A stretch of 64,000 bases of DNA from Clostridia bacterium (GTDB lineage: Bacteria > Bacillota > Clostridia > TANB77 > CAG-465), in contig JAZSNU010000013.1 in assembly GCA_045536565.1 (NCBI GenBank), forward strand, positions 1 through 64,000, read 5' to 3'. Position numbers and translations under genes: made by a program. The notes under the pieces are model-generated. The model made no database searches. It was not told the DNA's origin and saw nothing but the letters and a program-made list of their open reading frames with translations. Below are positions 18,703 to 30,083 of the stretch, one piece after another (within the stretch, counting starts at the first letter, position 1; every line of letters begins with the position of its first letter).

Positions 18703-19875
18703 TTATTTATCTATCTTCTTTGTAAACCCTGTTATTACTATACCTGATGCTATTAGTACAGTTGCCATTGTAACATAATATCCTATATAAGGAATATAAG
18801 TTAAAATATATAATGCTGAATATATTGCCAGTAACACTCCCATACTTTTAATTTTACTGTCTACTTTTAATTTACCCTTAACTAATTCAAATATTACAGA
18901 ACCCGTTATAAATTTTGCAAGTGATATAGTTACAATTATTAAAGCAACATATGCTATTAATACAGGAATAGTAACCACACTTAGTTTAAACATTGATAAT
19001 ACAAGTAACAATGTTATAATTATTGGAATTGTTACAATACCTATAACACCAGCAATAATAACATATGTAGAATATTTATATGCTTTTTCAGATAAGTTTT
19101 TAAAGCAATTTGGTTTTAACCATATAATCACCATATTAAGTAAAACAAACATTATTACAGCAATAATTGTATCTGTAATACTATTTATTGTTTCTACCTT
19201 TTTCTCTTCTTTGGTTATTGTAGGTGTTTGGATTTTTTTAACTATTGCATCAGGATAGTTTTCAGAAATATCAACTTCAGAATTTGTTTCTATATATATA
19301 TTTCCTCCAACTGTAGGGCTAACAAAATCAACTTTTTCGCTATATACTCTTAAATCTTTTGCTACATCACCTTCAATTAATATATCTGATGAACTAGCAA
19401 TAAAATTCCCTTTCACATTACCTTTTAATTCAATTTTTCCAGACATTAATACAATATCATTTCCAACATTAGCAGTATCTGTAATAAATACACTTTCTGC
19501 TAATATAAATATATCTTTTTCTACATTTCCTGATATTATAACATTAGAAGCAGCTATGAAACCATATTCTATACTTCCTTTTATATCAACAGTATCTGCT
19601 GACATAATACATTGAACACCTGATAATTTTTCATTTATTTCAACTGTTTGGGATGATAGTGATAAGCCCGAATTGCTTAAATCTTTATCAAAAAATGATT
19701 TGTTATTAAAAACTTTAACAAACGGCATTGAAACATTACTATCTTCACTCAATCTATATACATTTTCATATGCATTAAAATCTATGTAATTTGACAAACT
19801 CTCTGCATTTACTGTTCCAATCAGTAAAAAACTAATTAATGCTATTAATAATATTGTTATATTTTTACGCATCAT
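18703..19875 (-). CDS. Membrane protein with secreted beta-helix (bactofilin/polymer-forming-like) repeats and C-terminal TMs
   Basis: Signal peptide, repeated IxGxVxxD motifs, about 5 C-terminal TMs. Confidence 0.7.
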   Translation of the reverse strand: MMRKNITILLIALISFLLIGTVNAESLSNYIDFNAYENVYRLSEDSNVSMPFVKVFNNKSFFDKDLSNSGLSLSSQTVEINEKLSGVQCIMSADTVDIKGSIEYGFIAASNVIISGNVEKDIFILAESVFITDTANVGNDIVLMSGKIELKGNVKGNFIASSSDILIEGDVAKDLRVYSEKVDFVSPTVGGNIYIETNSEVDISENYPDAIVKKIQTPTITKEEKKVETINSITDTIIAVIMFVLLNMVIIWLKPNCFKNLSEKAYKYSTYVIIAGVIGIVTIPIIITLLLVLSMFKLSVVTIPVLIAYVALIIVTISLAKFITGSVIFELVKGKLKVDSKIKSMGVLLAIYSALYILTYIPYIGYYVTMATVLIASGIVITGFTKKIDK

Positions 19876-19883
19876 AATTCCCC

Positions 19884-20744
19884 CTAATCTTTTTTGCCAG
19901 AACGAGTTAGCATCATAGTAGAATATGCACCTACTACACATGCAGCAACAGATATAATTACTACAACAATATTTAACCCAGACATGTCAAGATTAATTAT
20001 TATTGGAAAAGGAGATGCAACTAATAATCCTAAAATTCCCCAGTAAACAGTTTTCTTATGATGTTTTAATAACCATTCTATAAGCTTAGCTATTGCTATT
20101 ATTCCGATTAAAACTCCTATACCAAACGGAGCAAGAATTAATGCTAGTTCCAAAACTTCTGCAAAATCAAAACTTATAAATGCCTTTATAAACCCAGAAA
20201 TTGTAGACATTATAAATTCATAATAACCAAATGCCATAAGTATCATAGAGCCACTAACACCTGGTATTACCATAGTTGCAGCCGCAACAATACCAAGTAC
20301 AAAAACAATTATATATGTTGCTATTGAATCTTCATCTACATTTACAACTGAACTTTTTAAAAATGGTATTGAAACTATTATCGCTAAAAATATTACAAAT
20401 GTAATAATATCTCTCTTACCTATATGTTTCTCATCTACTTTTCCGCCAATTGTAGGTATTGCGCCTAGTATAAGTCCTACAAACAACATTGCTGTTGGTA
20501 CTGGCGATACTTCAAACAAATATGTAATACCAAAAACCGCAAGAACTATACCAATTCCTATTCCCACAATATATGTCCAAATCTCTTTTAAACATTTTAA
20601 TGGTGTTTTAAATATGTTATTAATGCAATGTATTAATTTTTCATAAATTCCCATAGAAACAGCAATTGTACCACCACTTAATCCGGGTATAATATTTGCA
20701 ATTCCTATAATTGCTCCTTTTATTATTTCTATAATAATACTCAT
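19884..20744 (-). CDS. DUF368 family membrane protein (putative undecaprenyl-phosphate translocase)
   Basis: GIANIIPGLSGGTIA and ATMVIPGVSGSMIL twin motifs. Confidence 0.9.
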   Translation of the reverse strand: MSIIIEIIKGAIIGIANIIPGLSGGTIAVSMGIYEKLIHCINNIFKTPLKCLKEIWTYIVGIGIGIVLAVFGITYLFEVSPVPTAMLFVGLILGAIPTIGGKVDEKHIGKRDIITFVIFLAIIVSIPFLKSSVVNVDEDSIATYIIVFVLGIVAAATMVIPGVSGSMILMAFGYYEFIMSTISGFIKAFISFDFAEVLELALILAPFGIGVLIGIIAIAKLIEWLLKHHKKTVYWGILGLLVASPFPIIINLDMSGLNIVVVIISVAACVVGAYSTMMLTRSGKKD

Positions 20745-20913
20745 AAAAAATCTCCCCTCTTTATTTTCTTTACATATTGTATAATATTTTAGTTGTTTTT
20801 TCAATATTACTACAAATATATATTAATAATATTATTGCATTTTTATTTTACAATGTGTTATAATATGTCTAAATTTGTTGAAACCAAATATTAATTAATA
20901 TGGAGGGGTTTAT

Positions 20914-21603
20914 ATGAATAGAGTTATTCCAGTAAGCATTTTCAATTTATCACAAAATTATTCCACACTATTTGATTTTTTCAGTTCTATTAAACTAAAA
21001 GACGAAGATATGGTATTTTTTAGTAAAAGTTGTTATGATGTCATTAAAGAAAAATCAAAAATTGTAAGCGAAACCATCATGCCGGTTTCTTCTAAAAACT
21101 TTTACAATTTTATTGAAGAGACTAAAAAACACGAAAACTATTCTTTAATTCCTATGTTTTCTGGTGAGTGGTATTACCTAGAATATTATTCACATGATTC
21201 CACTTACTTTTCAAACTACCATAAACTTCCCGAATCTATCAAATTAGTTATGCTTGAAAATGAATTCGTAAAAAAGGATATACAAGTAAAAATTGTAGTT
21301 TCATCTCCCGATGAAAGCCCTGTTGATTTTATACTAAATGACCATAATCCTTATAAAAATTCATTTTTAATACTAACTGAAAATGCAGTTTTAAGTCTAA
21401 GTAAATCTACAAATTTGATTTCACAATATAGAGGGATATGTAGATTATCTTGGGATTGTGATGATTCATATCCAGGTGCTAATATTACTTTAAAAGCATT
21501 GGTTACGCGTTATCACTACTTAATTGAATATATGCAATTTGAATCATTTGACAAGGCATTTTCAATCAAAGGACTTCCTGATTCAATAATTTTTGTGGTA
21601 TAA
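20914..21603 (+). CDS. Hypothetical protein
   Basis: 229-aa ORF, GGAGGG RBS, own promoter and terminator. Confidence 0.7.
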   Translation: MNRVIPVSIFNLSQNYSTLFDFFSSIKLKDEDMVFFSKSCYDVIKEKSKIVSETIMPVSSKNFYNFIEETKKHENYSLIPMFSGEWYYLEYYSHDSTYFSNYHKLPESIKLVMLENEFVKKDIQVKIVVSSPDESPVDFILNDHNPYKNSFLILTENAVLSLSKSTNLISQYRGICRLSWDCDDSYPGANITLKALVTRYHYLIEYMQFESFDKAFSIKGLPDSIIFVV

Positions 21604-21644
21604 CAGAAAAAAAGACAATCTAAATTTATTAGATTGTCTTTTTA

Positions 21645-22631
21645 TTAGCATGGTCTTAATGCTACATTAATAGAACTTGATATGACTTCTGATATTTTGT
21701 CTATCACATTATCAATTTCTTTTGGTGTTACTATATAATTTTCTGTATTTAACGCATTTGCTATCATACTATACCTATTATCTTTTTCAAATAGTTCAAA
21801 AACCTCATTTATTTTATTTACATCTATACCATGATTCATATATGTTGTAGCTTCATTTTTTAGTGTTTCGGTTAACTTGTCAATTGCTTCATTTGTAATG
21901 GTTGCCATATCTACGACTGTCGGAACTCCTATTGCAATAACAGGCACTCCCAAACTATTTTTATCCAATGTTTCTCTTTTATTGCCAACTCCTGCACCGG
22001 GTGTAATTCCTGTATTAGATAATTGTATAGTTTTACCGACTCTTGACACACTCATAGATGCCAAACTATCTATTACTATAATTAACCCTGGTGTTATTTT
22101 GTTTACAACGGAAGAAATAATTTCAAATGTTTCTATTCCTGTTGTACCAAGCACACCTGGCGATATGGAACTTATTTCTCTTGTACCTGGCTCCATATAT
22201 TCTTTTGCATATTTTAACAAATGTCTTGTTATATCAACGCTTGATACCACCTTTGGACCTAAACTATCTGGAGTAACATATTCGTTTCCAAGTCCTACAA
22301 TTAATATTGAACTATTATTGTTGTTATTATTAAAAACACCTTTTATTAGAAGTTCTATATTGTTACTAAGTTCTTGTATTAATTCTTCTTTCTCGTTTTC
22401 TTCTAAATATTCAATATCACATGTTTCTATTGTTATATATTTCCCTATTTCTTTACCTACTGCTTTTTTTCCATTTTCATTCAACACATCAACTATTGTT
22501 GTACTTATCTTTCTATTTCTTTTACTATCAACCTTTATCCCATCAATTTCACTTAAATTATGTACCTTTTTATATGTGTCTACTCTTTCATCTGCCATAT
22601 CTGTTCTAAAATTTAAATAGCTTTTATTCAT
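21645..22631 (-). CDS. gpr: Spore germination protease GPR
   Basis: RTDMADE, GLGNEYVTPDSLGP, PGVLGTTGIET, GITPGAGVGN, VTPKEID. Confidence 0.95.
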   Translation of the reverse strand: MNKSYLNFRTDMADERVDTYKKVHNLSEIDGIKVDSKRNRKISTTIVDVLNENGKKAVGKEIGKYITIETCDIEYLEENEKEELIQELSNNIELLIKGVFNNNNNNSSILIVGLGNEYVTPDSLGPKVVSSVDITRHLLKYAKEYMEPGTREISSISPGVLGTTGIETFEIISSVVNKITPGLIIVIDSLASMSVSRVGKTIQLSNTGITPGAGVGNKRETLDKNSLGVPVIAIGVPTVVDMATITNEAIDKLTETLKNEATTYMNHGIDVNKINEVFELFEKDNRYSMIANALNTENYIVTPKEIDNVIDKISEVISSSINVALRPC

Positions 22632-22649
22632 ATCTACACACCTCATGTG

Positions 22650-22679
22650 TATTATGAGTAAAAGCTATTTGTTTTATTC
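22650..22679 (-). promoter_or_regulatory. sigma-G/F-type promoter of gpr
   Basis: GAATA-N18-CATAATA. gpr is a known forespore gene. Confidence 0.65.
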
Positions 22680-22685
22680 CATATT

Positions 22686-23639
22686 TTACATGCACGCAAT
22701 TATTCTTGTAAGTCCAACTTCCATATCCATTTCACCTATTTTAGATTTTTCATCATATTCACCAAGTTCTATAAGAAGAGTTCTAAGTTCTTCTAATTTA
22801 TATCCTTTAACAGCATAACTTAATTTTCTATACACAAATGGATGAATTCCAAGTGTCTCAGCAACGTTAGATATATTACCATCTAATTCTAAAAGTTTAA
22901 TCATATACATTTGCTTAATTTGCTTAAATAACATTATACTAATTGCGACTGTTGATTCTTTTTGTTCTAGTAAATCTTTAAGCATTTTTACCGCTTCATC
23001 ATGTTTTTTGTTTATAGCAAGGTCTAGCATATCAAATACCTTTGCATTTAATGTTTTTACACATATATAATCTATATCTTCTTTTTTTAATTCATCGCCT
23101 TTATTTAAATATGAAGTTATCTTTTTAAATTCATTTATTAACAAAAATTTATCTGATGTACAGCTTGATATCATATAATCTGCAACCTGCTGATTTACTT
23201 TTATACCATATGCTCCTAGTGTTTTTATAACATAGGATGCAGCATCTTTATCATTTAATTTCGTAAATTCTACACATAAAGCATTTTTATTTAAATATTT
23301 CCATTCACTAGTTCTTTTATCAACGCTATTTTCGCAAATTATAACGGTGGTATCCTCATTTACACTATCTAGAACATTCATATTAAATTTAAGACCTGTA
23401 TCTTTTACTATTATTAACTTCTCTGCTCCTAAAAACGATACTAAATCGCATAAATCTACTAGCATATCTACATTTGATTTATCTAGTATATATAAATTAA
23501 CTCCTACTTCTAAGTTACTAAAACACTTCTTTACTTTTTCAATATATCTCGATATATCATATTCTTCGTCACCATAGAAAAAATATATTCCTGATATATC
23601 TCCTGATTTTATCTTTTCATCAAGAACCTTTAAACTCAT
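22686..23639 (-). CDS. holA: DNA polymerase III delta subunit
   Basis: YFFYGDEEY, DKRT, GIHPF; sits next to gpr. Confidence 0.88.
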   Translation of the reverse strand: MSLKVLDEKIKSGDISGIYFFYGDEEYDISRYIEKVKKCFSNLEVGVNLYILDKSNVDMLVDLCDLVSFLGAEKLIIVKDTGLKFNMNVLDSVNEDTTVIICENSVDKRTSEWKYLNKNALCVEFTKLNDKDAASYVIKTLGAYGIKVNQQVADYMISSCTSDKFLLINEFKKITSYLNKGDELKKEDIDYICVKTLNAKVFDMLDLAINKKHDEAVKMLKDLLEQKESTVAISIMLFKQIKQMYMIKLLELDGNISNVAETLGIHPFVYRKLSYAVKGYKLEELRTLLIELGEYDEKSKIGEMDMEVGLTRIIACM

Positions 23640-24933
23640 TTACTAACACCTCTATATCAATTAACGATCTTTTCGCATATTCCTCGTATTTCAATTTTTT
23701 ATCTTTAATCTTCTTATCAAGTGGCTTAATTATTCCAAAATTAGCATTCATCGGTTGATAGTCTTTACTTTCTGTGCATACATGTTTTGCAAGACTGCCA
23801 AGCATAGTAGTATCTAACCATTTCATTTCTTTACCTTTTAATTTTTGAATAATGTTGTATGCAACCATAAGTCCAGAAGCAGCTGATTCTACATATCCTT
23901 CTACTCCTGATATTTGACCTGCAAAATACACATTAGTTTTATTCATCATATTAAATTTATCATCCAATACTCCTGGTGCATTTATATATGTATTTCTATG
24001 CATTACGCCATAACGAACAAATTCAGCATTTTTTAAACCTGGTATACTTCTAAATACTTTTTCTTGTTCTTTAAATTTAAGACTGGTTTGAAATCCAACT
24101 AGGTTATACATAGTTTCTTCTTTATCTTCTGCTCTAAGTTGAAGTACAGCATACGGTCTATCTTCATTATCTCTTTCCAAGCCTACCGGTTTAAGCGGGC
24201 CAAACACAAGAGTTTTTTCTCCCCTTCTTGCCATTTCTTCAATAGGCATACAACCTTCAAAGAATTCTAATTTATCAAAATCATGTCTATCTGCACTTTC
24301 TGCATTTATTAGTAAGTTATAAAAAGCGGCGTATTCCTCTTTATCCATAGCTGCATTTAGATAATCTCCACTTCCTATTTGACCATATCTATCTTTTTTA
24401 TATACTTTATCTAAATCCAAACTTTCCTTTGTAACAATAGGAGCGGCTGCATCATAAAAGTATAGCCCTGTTTGTCCTAACATATTCATTATACTTCTTG
24501 ATAAAGCATCACTTGTAAGTGGGCCTGTTGCAATTACAACAATTTCATCATTACTAAAACTATTAATATCTACAACTTCTTCATATACTATTTCTATATT
24601 TTCATTTTCTTTTATTTTACCTGTTATATATTTTGAAAATAGTTCTCTATTTACTGCTAGTGCCTGTCCTGCCTCTACTCTTGTTTTATCTGCTGCTTCT
24701 ATTACTAAACTATCTAATCTTCTCATTTCCTCTTTTAAAAGTCCACAAGCATTTGTTATAGCATTTGATTTTAAAGAATTACTACATACAAGTTCTGCAA
24801 AATCATTACTTACATGTGCTGCACTTTTTTTTGTTGGTTTCATTTCATATAGTCTTACTTTTATATTATTCTTAGCTAAAATATATGCACATTCACATCC
24901 TGCAAGTCCTGCTCCAATTATATTTATAGTCAT
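23620..24933 (-). CDS. trmFO: tRNA m5U54 methyltransferase TrmFO
   Basis: GAGLAGCE, AELVCSNS, YDAAAPIV, FEGCMPIE, RYGVMHRN, GVEGYVESAASG. Confidence 0.95.
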   Translation of the reverse strand: MTINIIGAGLAGCECAYILAKNNIKVRLYEMKPTKKSAAHVSNDFAELVCSNSLKSNAITNACGLLKEEMRRLDSLVIEAADKTRVEAGQALAVNRELFSKYITGKIKENENIEIVYEEVVDINSFSNDEIVVIATGPLTSDALSRSIMNMLGQTGLYFYDAAAPIVTKESLDLDKVYKKDRYGQIGSGDYLNAAMDKEEYAAFYNLLINAESADRHDFDKLEFFEGCMPIEEMARRGEKTLVFGPLKPVGLERDNEDRPYAVLQLRAEDKEETMYNLVGFQTSLKFKEQEKVFRSIPGLKNAEFVRYGVMHRNTYINAPGVLDDKFNMMNKTNVYFAGQISGVEGYVESAASGLMVAYNIIQKLKGKEMKWLDTTMLGSLAKHVCTESKDYQPMNANFGIIKPLDKKIKDKKLKYEEYAKRSLIDIEVLVNEFKGS

Positions 24934-24951
24934 TTTATATATTTTCTTCCT

Positions 24952-24958
24952 TTCGACA
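24952..24958 (-). promoter_or_regulatory. Spo0A box upstream of trmFO-holA-gpr
   Basis: TTCGACA, exact consensus. Confidence 0.35.
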
Positions 24959-25155
24959 AATCTTTATGTTATTTTTGTGTTCTTCTGTCAAACTTCTACA
25001 TTTTTCTTCTAACTATTTTACTATAATATATTTGTATTTACAATACAAAACACCCATTTTCATAAACACTCTTTTCAATATATATTTTACTTATATAAAT
25101 AGCAGATACTTATATACTAGTATCTGCTATTTAGTTTAACAACTCTTAATTTATC

Positions 25156-26445
25156 CTACCATTTATCATGATACATTTCTTCATGTTCATGTTTTGGTCT
25201 GCATAATGGCTGTCTTCCAACACATGGATTATCACATCTTCTATTTCTCAATTCTTCAATTGGATTTGGAGCCACTTCAAATCTATAATCCATGCCGTAT
25301 CTATTAATATATCTATTAATTACTTTGTGACTTGGTACTTCACATACATCACAAATAACTTTGTTTTGATATTTAAAGAAATCTGCATCTTTTGGCAGTT
25401 CATTTACATCTATATATCCTTCTCTACATGCTGTATTATTAACTGTACATTCTAATACTTTTCTTACATATTCAATATTTGGTCCTAGCGATAATAATTC
25501 TGGGAACTCACCATCACATCCCAATACTTCTTTATAATTTTTACATTCATATTTTTCTAATAATTCTGCTGCTTTATGAAGCTGAGCTACTTCTTTTTCA
25601 AAGAAGCATTCCCATACTCTCTTAATATATGGATCCGTTTCTTCTTTATAGCAAGAATAATACAGATAACATTCCGTATATTGATGCATTAATAAATTTT
25701 CAAGCCATGTCATTTTAGGGTCAAGTAAGCTACCATAATGAGTTACATGGTCTTCTTCTACCATTCCTATTTCTTGATATAGTCTTCTTCCTAAATCAGA
25801 AGTATAATAACTACCAACATTCATATAGTAATTCATTGTTTGCTGCTCTGCTGCTGTTATTATATTAACATTTAATTTAGTTATCAATGCGTCATCTTTT
25901 CCTATTGGATGTCTAATAGTATCAAATGGATGTCTATGATGTGCTATTGTTGGTCTTGCAGGCATAATTTCAGTATATCTTCCAACTAAATTTTCAGCAT
26001 GAACACCATAATCCATTTCTAAAAGATTTGAATATCTATACAGATGGTCAAAATCTTCTAATAATGCAAAATCAAGTGCTGCTTTTACATTATGATTTGG
26101 TTCACTTTTAGCAAGTCTTGCTGTTAAATCAACCGCAAGTTGTTCATATGCTATTGTACTTTCTAATATATTTTCATTTATAGGTTTTAAATTTATTATT
26201 TTCTTTTGCTGTTGTTGTTCTACTCTTCTTAAAAGTGCAAGTTCTCTTCTTAAATTATTATCTGTACAATTTCTAGAAAATTGATGAGAGAAAAATACAG
26301 CTTCTACTTCTGTACCATTCATTAGAATTACTCTTGTTTTTGTATAAGGATTTGTCTCATATTTGTTATATGATTTTGGATATAAGCATTCAAAATCTTC
26401 CAATGTTTTTTCAAGTGGTGCTACTTTTTGTTCAAATGGATTCAT
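25156..26445 (-). CDS. Ferritin-like domain protein, possibly spore associated
   Basis: Repeated E...ExxH-like motifs (EQLA...EDFDH; EQQT...EEDH; EVAQLH), Cys/His-rich tail. Confidence 0.6.
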   Translation of the reverse strand: MNPFEQKVAPLEKTLEDFECLYPKSYNKYETNPYTKTRVILMNGTEVEAVFFSHQFSRNCTDNNLRRELALLRRVEQQQQKKIINLKPINENILESTIAYEQLAVDLTARLAKSEPNHNVKAALDFALLEDFDHLYRYSNLLEMDYGVHAENLVGRYTEIMPARPTIAHHRHPFDTIRHPIGKDDALITKLNVNIITAAEQQTMNYYMNVGSYYTSDLGRRLYQEIGMVEEDHVTHYGSLLDPKMTWLENLLMHQYTECYLYYSCYKEETDPYIKRVWECFFEKEVAQLHKAAELLEKYECKNYKEVLGCDGEFPELLSLGPNIEYVRKVLECTVNNTACREGYIDVNELPKDADFFKYQNKVICDVCEVPSHKVINRYINRYGMDYRFEVAPNPIEELRNRRCDNPCVGRQPLCRPKHEHEEMYHDKW

Positions 26446-26594
26446 TAAAATATCACTCCCTTTATTACATATACTTAATTATATTTTCTATATTAAATAT
26501 TATGCATTATATATTGTATGTACAAACTTTATGGCTGTTACAAAAACAAAAAATGCACTGTATTTTCAAAAAACAGTGCATTTTTTGTATTTTT

Positions 26595-27701
26595 TCAATA
26601 TTTTAAACCTTCTTCATTTCCTCTTGCCATGTTGTTAATTTCATCTATTTCTTCTTTGATTTCTTCTACATCATATTCTGTTATGATTTCGTCTTTTACA
26701 TTATACTTTTCTTTTATATCTAGTATTCTAGTTACACTCTCATTTATTCTGCGAAGTGCCATACTATTTCTCTTCCCGACTTTAATTAAGTTCTCTATAA
26801 TTCTAATTTTACTTTTATGTTCTTTATTTATCATAACCATATCAGTCCCAGAAGATATCGCTTTCATGGCTGCATGAGTTATACCAAATATCAAAGTAAT
26901 TCCTCTCATAGACAAGTCATCAGTTATAACAAGACCATTATATTCTAAATCTTTTCTAAGCATTTTAGTAACTACTCTCTCAGATAATGATGCTGGATAT
27001 ATTGAGTTAACATCTGCTACAAGCAAATGTCCCACCATTATACTATCTGCACCTGATTTTATTGCATTTATAAATGGAAGCATGTCTTCTTCTTTTAATC
27101 TCTTCACGCTTTTATACACAGTAGGCATAAACACATGAGAATCAATTCTACTTGCTCCATGACCCGGAAAATGTTTTATTGTTGGTATTACATTGTTATA
27201 TTTTATTCCATCCATTAAAGCTATACCATTTTTAGAAACTTCTTCTGGGCTTTCACCAAGACATCTATTTCCAAGCGGATGACTATCTTTAAAGCCACCC
27301 AAATCAAGTACTGGTGCAAAATCCATATTTATATTAAACCTAGCTAGCATTTTACCAATTACCTTGCCAGATTTATAGCATAAATCTGGTCCGCCAACAT
27401 TTGCGATTTGTTTTGCATTTACTAAATTGTGTATATTGGCCGGCATTCTATTTACTCTACCACCCTCTTGATCTATTCCTATCATTAACGGTACTTTATT
27501 ATTTTTATTAAGTTCTCTTAAACTATTCAATAAATGTATAAAATGCTCCATACTTAATATGTTTTTTCTATATAAAATAACTCCGCCTATTTTGTACTCA
27601 GTTATAAGCTTCCTTGTTATATCATCTATTTCGGTTCCTGGCATTCCTACCATAAACATTTGACCTATTTTTTCTTGTAATGTTAAGTCTTCTACTTTCA
27701 C
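26595..27701 (-). CDS. nagZ: GH3 beta-N-acetylhexosaminidase
   Basis: IDQEGGRV, KHFPGHGxxxxDSH, ITDDLSM. Confidence 0.88.
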   Translation of the reverse strand: MKVEDLTLQEKIGQMFMVGMPGTEIDDITRKLITEYKIGGVILYRKNILSMEHFIHLLNSLRELNKNNKVPLMIGIDQEGGRVNRMPANIHNLVNAKQIANVGGPDLCYKSGKVIGKMLARFNINMDFAPVLDLGGFKDSHPLGNRCLGESPEEVSKNGIALMDGIKYNNVIPTIKHFPGHGASRIDSHVFMPTVYKSVKRLKEEDMLPFINAIKSGADSIMVGHLLVADVNSIYPASLSERVVTKMLRKDLEYNGLVITDDLSMRGITLIFGITHAAMKAISSGTDMVMINKEHKSKIRIIENLIKVGKRNSMALRRINESVTRILDIKEKYNVKDEIITEYDVEEIKEEIDEINNMARGNEEGLKY

Positions 27702-27888
27702 AACATCACCTCATATATCTAATTGCTATATATAGGAATTATACTATTAATAAATAACTTTTCGCAATAGATTTTAAAAAAATTGTGTAACTCTTGTCCA
27801 CTTTTTGAGTTTGTCTTAAATCTTGATTTTTAGGGCATTTTAGTGTAAACTATATTATAACTATTTGAATATATAAAGGAAAGATTTT

Positions 27889-28950
27889 ATGAAAAAAGTT
27901 ATTGTTGGAATGAGCGGTGGAGTTGATAGTTCTGTCACTGCACTTCTTCTTAAAAATCAAGGATATGAAGTTATAGGGGTAAACTTGAATTTGTTACCTG
28001 AAAAAGAAACATGTTCAAAGTGTTCTGGTATGGATGCTATAAAAGATGCAAAAGAAGTTTGCGATAAACTAGATATACCTTTCTATACATTGGATTTTAA
28101 ATATAGTTTTAAACATAATGTTATTGATTATTTTGCAAATGAATATATGGAAGCTAGAACTCCTAATCCATGTATTGCATGTAATAGATATGTTAAATTT
28201 GAAGAATTACTTAATCAAGCAATTAATGTATTTGGTGCTGAATATATTGCTACAGGACATTATGCAAAAATTGAATATAATAAAGAAAATGGCAGATACT
28301 ATATAGTAGAATCCGAGGCGGCTGGTAAAGATCAAACTTATGTATTATATAACTTAACACAAGAACAATTAAAACATATTCTTATGCCACTTGGAAGTTA
28401 TACCAAAGATGAAATAAGGAAAATTGCAGAAGAAAATGATCTATGTAATAGTAATAAAAAAGATAGCCAAGAAATATGTTTTGTAGAGGATAATGATTAT
28501 GCAAAATTTATTGAAGAACATTATAACTACAAATCAAAACCTGGTAATTTCGTAGACGCAAACGGTAATGTCTTGGGAACACACAAAGGACTTATTCACT
28601 ATACAATAGGTCAAAGAAGAGGACTTGGTCTTTCTCTAAAAGAGCCTCTTTATGTTATTAAACTAGATACAAAAAACAATGAAGTTATATTAGGAACAAA
28701 CGACATGTTATTTTCAAACGAACTTGTTTGCACCAAAGTAAACTTTATGCCTTTTGAAAAATTAGACCGACCAATGCTAGTAACTGCAAAGGTTAGATAC
28801 TCTGCTAAAAAAGCAGAAGCAACAATTTATCCACTAGAAAACGGAAATGTTAAAGTCATATTTAAAGATGCTCAAAGAGCAATTACACCAGGTCAAGCAG
28901 TTGTATTCTATAATGATAACTCTGTTATTGGCGGTGGTACAATTATATAA
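27889..28950 (+). CDS. mnmA: tRNA 2-thiouridylase MnmA
   Basis: SGGVDS, TPNPCIACN, ATGHYA, KDQTY, DSQEICF, YTIGQRRG, TPGQA. Confidence 0.96.
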   Translation: MKKVIVGMSGGVDSSVTALLLKNQGYEVIGVNLNLLPEKETCSKCSGMDAIKDAKEVCDKLDIPFYTLDFKYSFKHNVIDYFANEYMEARTPNPCIACNRYVKFEELLNQAINVFGAEYIATGHYAKIEYNKENGRYYIVESEAAGKDQTYVLYNLTQEQLKHILMPLGSYTKDEIRKIAEENDLCNSNKKDSQEICFVEDNDYAKFIEEHYNYKSKPGNFVDANGNVLGTHKGLIHYTIGQRRGLGLSLKEPLYVIKLDTKNNEVILGTNDMLFSNELVCTKVNFMPFEKLDRPMLVTAKVRYSAKKAEATIYPLENGNVKVIFKDAQRAITPGQAVVFYNDNSVIGGGTII

Positions 28951-28965
28951 CAAGAAAGGAATTTT

Positions 28966-29718
28966 ATGAGCGATAGAATAATACAAAAATTAGAAACTTT
29001 AAAAGCAACAAATGCAGATATTAATATCTGTAACTCTTTTTCATTTACTAAATCTAAAAAAAACAAGTTATATACATTAGGTGAAGAAATATTTAGCTCA
29101 ATAGTACATGGAATTGGAACATTACTTTCAATAGCTGCATTAGTACTTCTTATAATATTTACCGCTAAAAACGGTGGAGACGCACTAGACATCGTAGGTG
29201 TATGCATTTATGGTTTTACCTTGATTTTACTTTATACCATGTCTACTTTATACCATGCAATTTCTAATAACACCGCAAAAAAAGTGTTTAAAATATTTGA
29301 CCACTCATCGATATATTTTTTAATAGCTGGTACATTTACTCCAATTATTTTTACAGTACTTAGAAATACGGGTATATTAACATGGGTAATATTTGGGTTT
29401 GTTTGGGGAGTTGCTTTATTTGGTACATTAATGTATGCAATATTTCCCAAAAGATTTAAGGTGCTAAATGTACTTTCATATGCTATAGCTGGTTGGTGTG
29501 CATTATTCTTAATCCCATCTCTTATATCAGAACTTACATTGATAAACTCAATTGCTAGTATATACTGGCTTTTAGCGGGTGGTATTTTGTATACAGTAGG
29601 AATTCTATTCTATGCAATTAAAAAAGTTAGATACTTTCATCCTATATGGCATATATTTGTCTTAGCGGGTTCAGTATGTCATTTCTTTTGTATATTGGTT
29701 TATACACTAAAAATGTAA
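28966..29718 (+). CDS. Hemolysin III / PAQR-family membrane protein
   Basis: EEIFSSIVHG, STLYH, DHSSIYFLIAGTFTP, HPIWHIFVLAGSVCH. Confidence 0.9.
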   Translation: MSDRIIQKLETLKATNADINICNSFSFTKSKKNKLYTLGEEIFSSIVHGIGTLLSIAALVLLIIFTAKNGGDALDIVGVCIYGFTLILLYTMSTLYHAISNNTAKKVFKIFDHSSIYFLIAGTFTPIIFTVLRNTGILTWVIFGFVWGVALFGTLMYAIFPKRFKVLNVLSYAIAGWCALFLIPSLISELTLINSIASIYWLLAGGILYTVGILFYAIKKVRYFHPIWHIFVLAGSVCHFFCILVYTLKM

Positions 29719-29765
29719 TAAATTATTAAGGCTGATTACTCCTAGTCTTTTTATTTATATATCTA

Positions 29766-30083
29766 TTAACTAAAATTGAATAAATCATTTGGTAAAATAT
29801 TTCTTCTACCATCATAAACATAATAAACCTTAATTGAATTTTTAAATATAGAGAATATAACTAAATATCTTTTATCAATAATCTTCTTTTTGAAAACAAC
29901 ATCGTTGGAAATAAAATAATTTGGTTTAGAATATGGAAATAAATTCAATGATTGAACCTCTTTATTAATCTTTTCTCTTATTCTATATGCATATTCTAAA
30001 CCGTATTTCATCTTACAAAAACTATAAATTGTATATAAATCTTCATATGTGGATTGAAATGTTTTTATATTATATACTGTCAT
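29766..30083 (-). CDS. RelE/ParE-family toxin
   Basis: About 105 aa, SLNLFP, RYLVIF, VYDGRRN; overlaps the upstream small ORF. Confidence 0.75.
   Translation of the reverse strand: MTVYNIKTFQSTYEDLYTIYSFCKMKYGLEYAYRIREKINKEVQSLNLFPYSKPNYFISNDVVFKKKIIDKRYLVIFSIFKNSIKVYYVYDGRRNILPNDLFNFS

Noticed and set aside
21877-22620. 247-aa plus-strand ORF
   Set aside because: Antisense shadow of gpr with no RBS or motifs.
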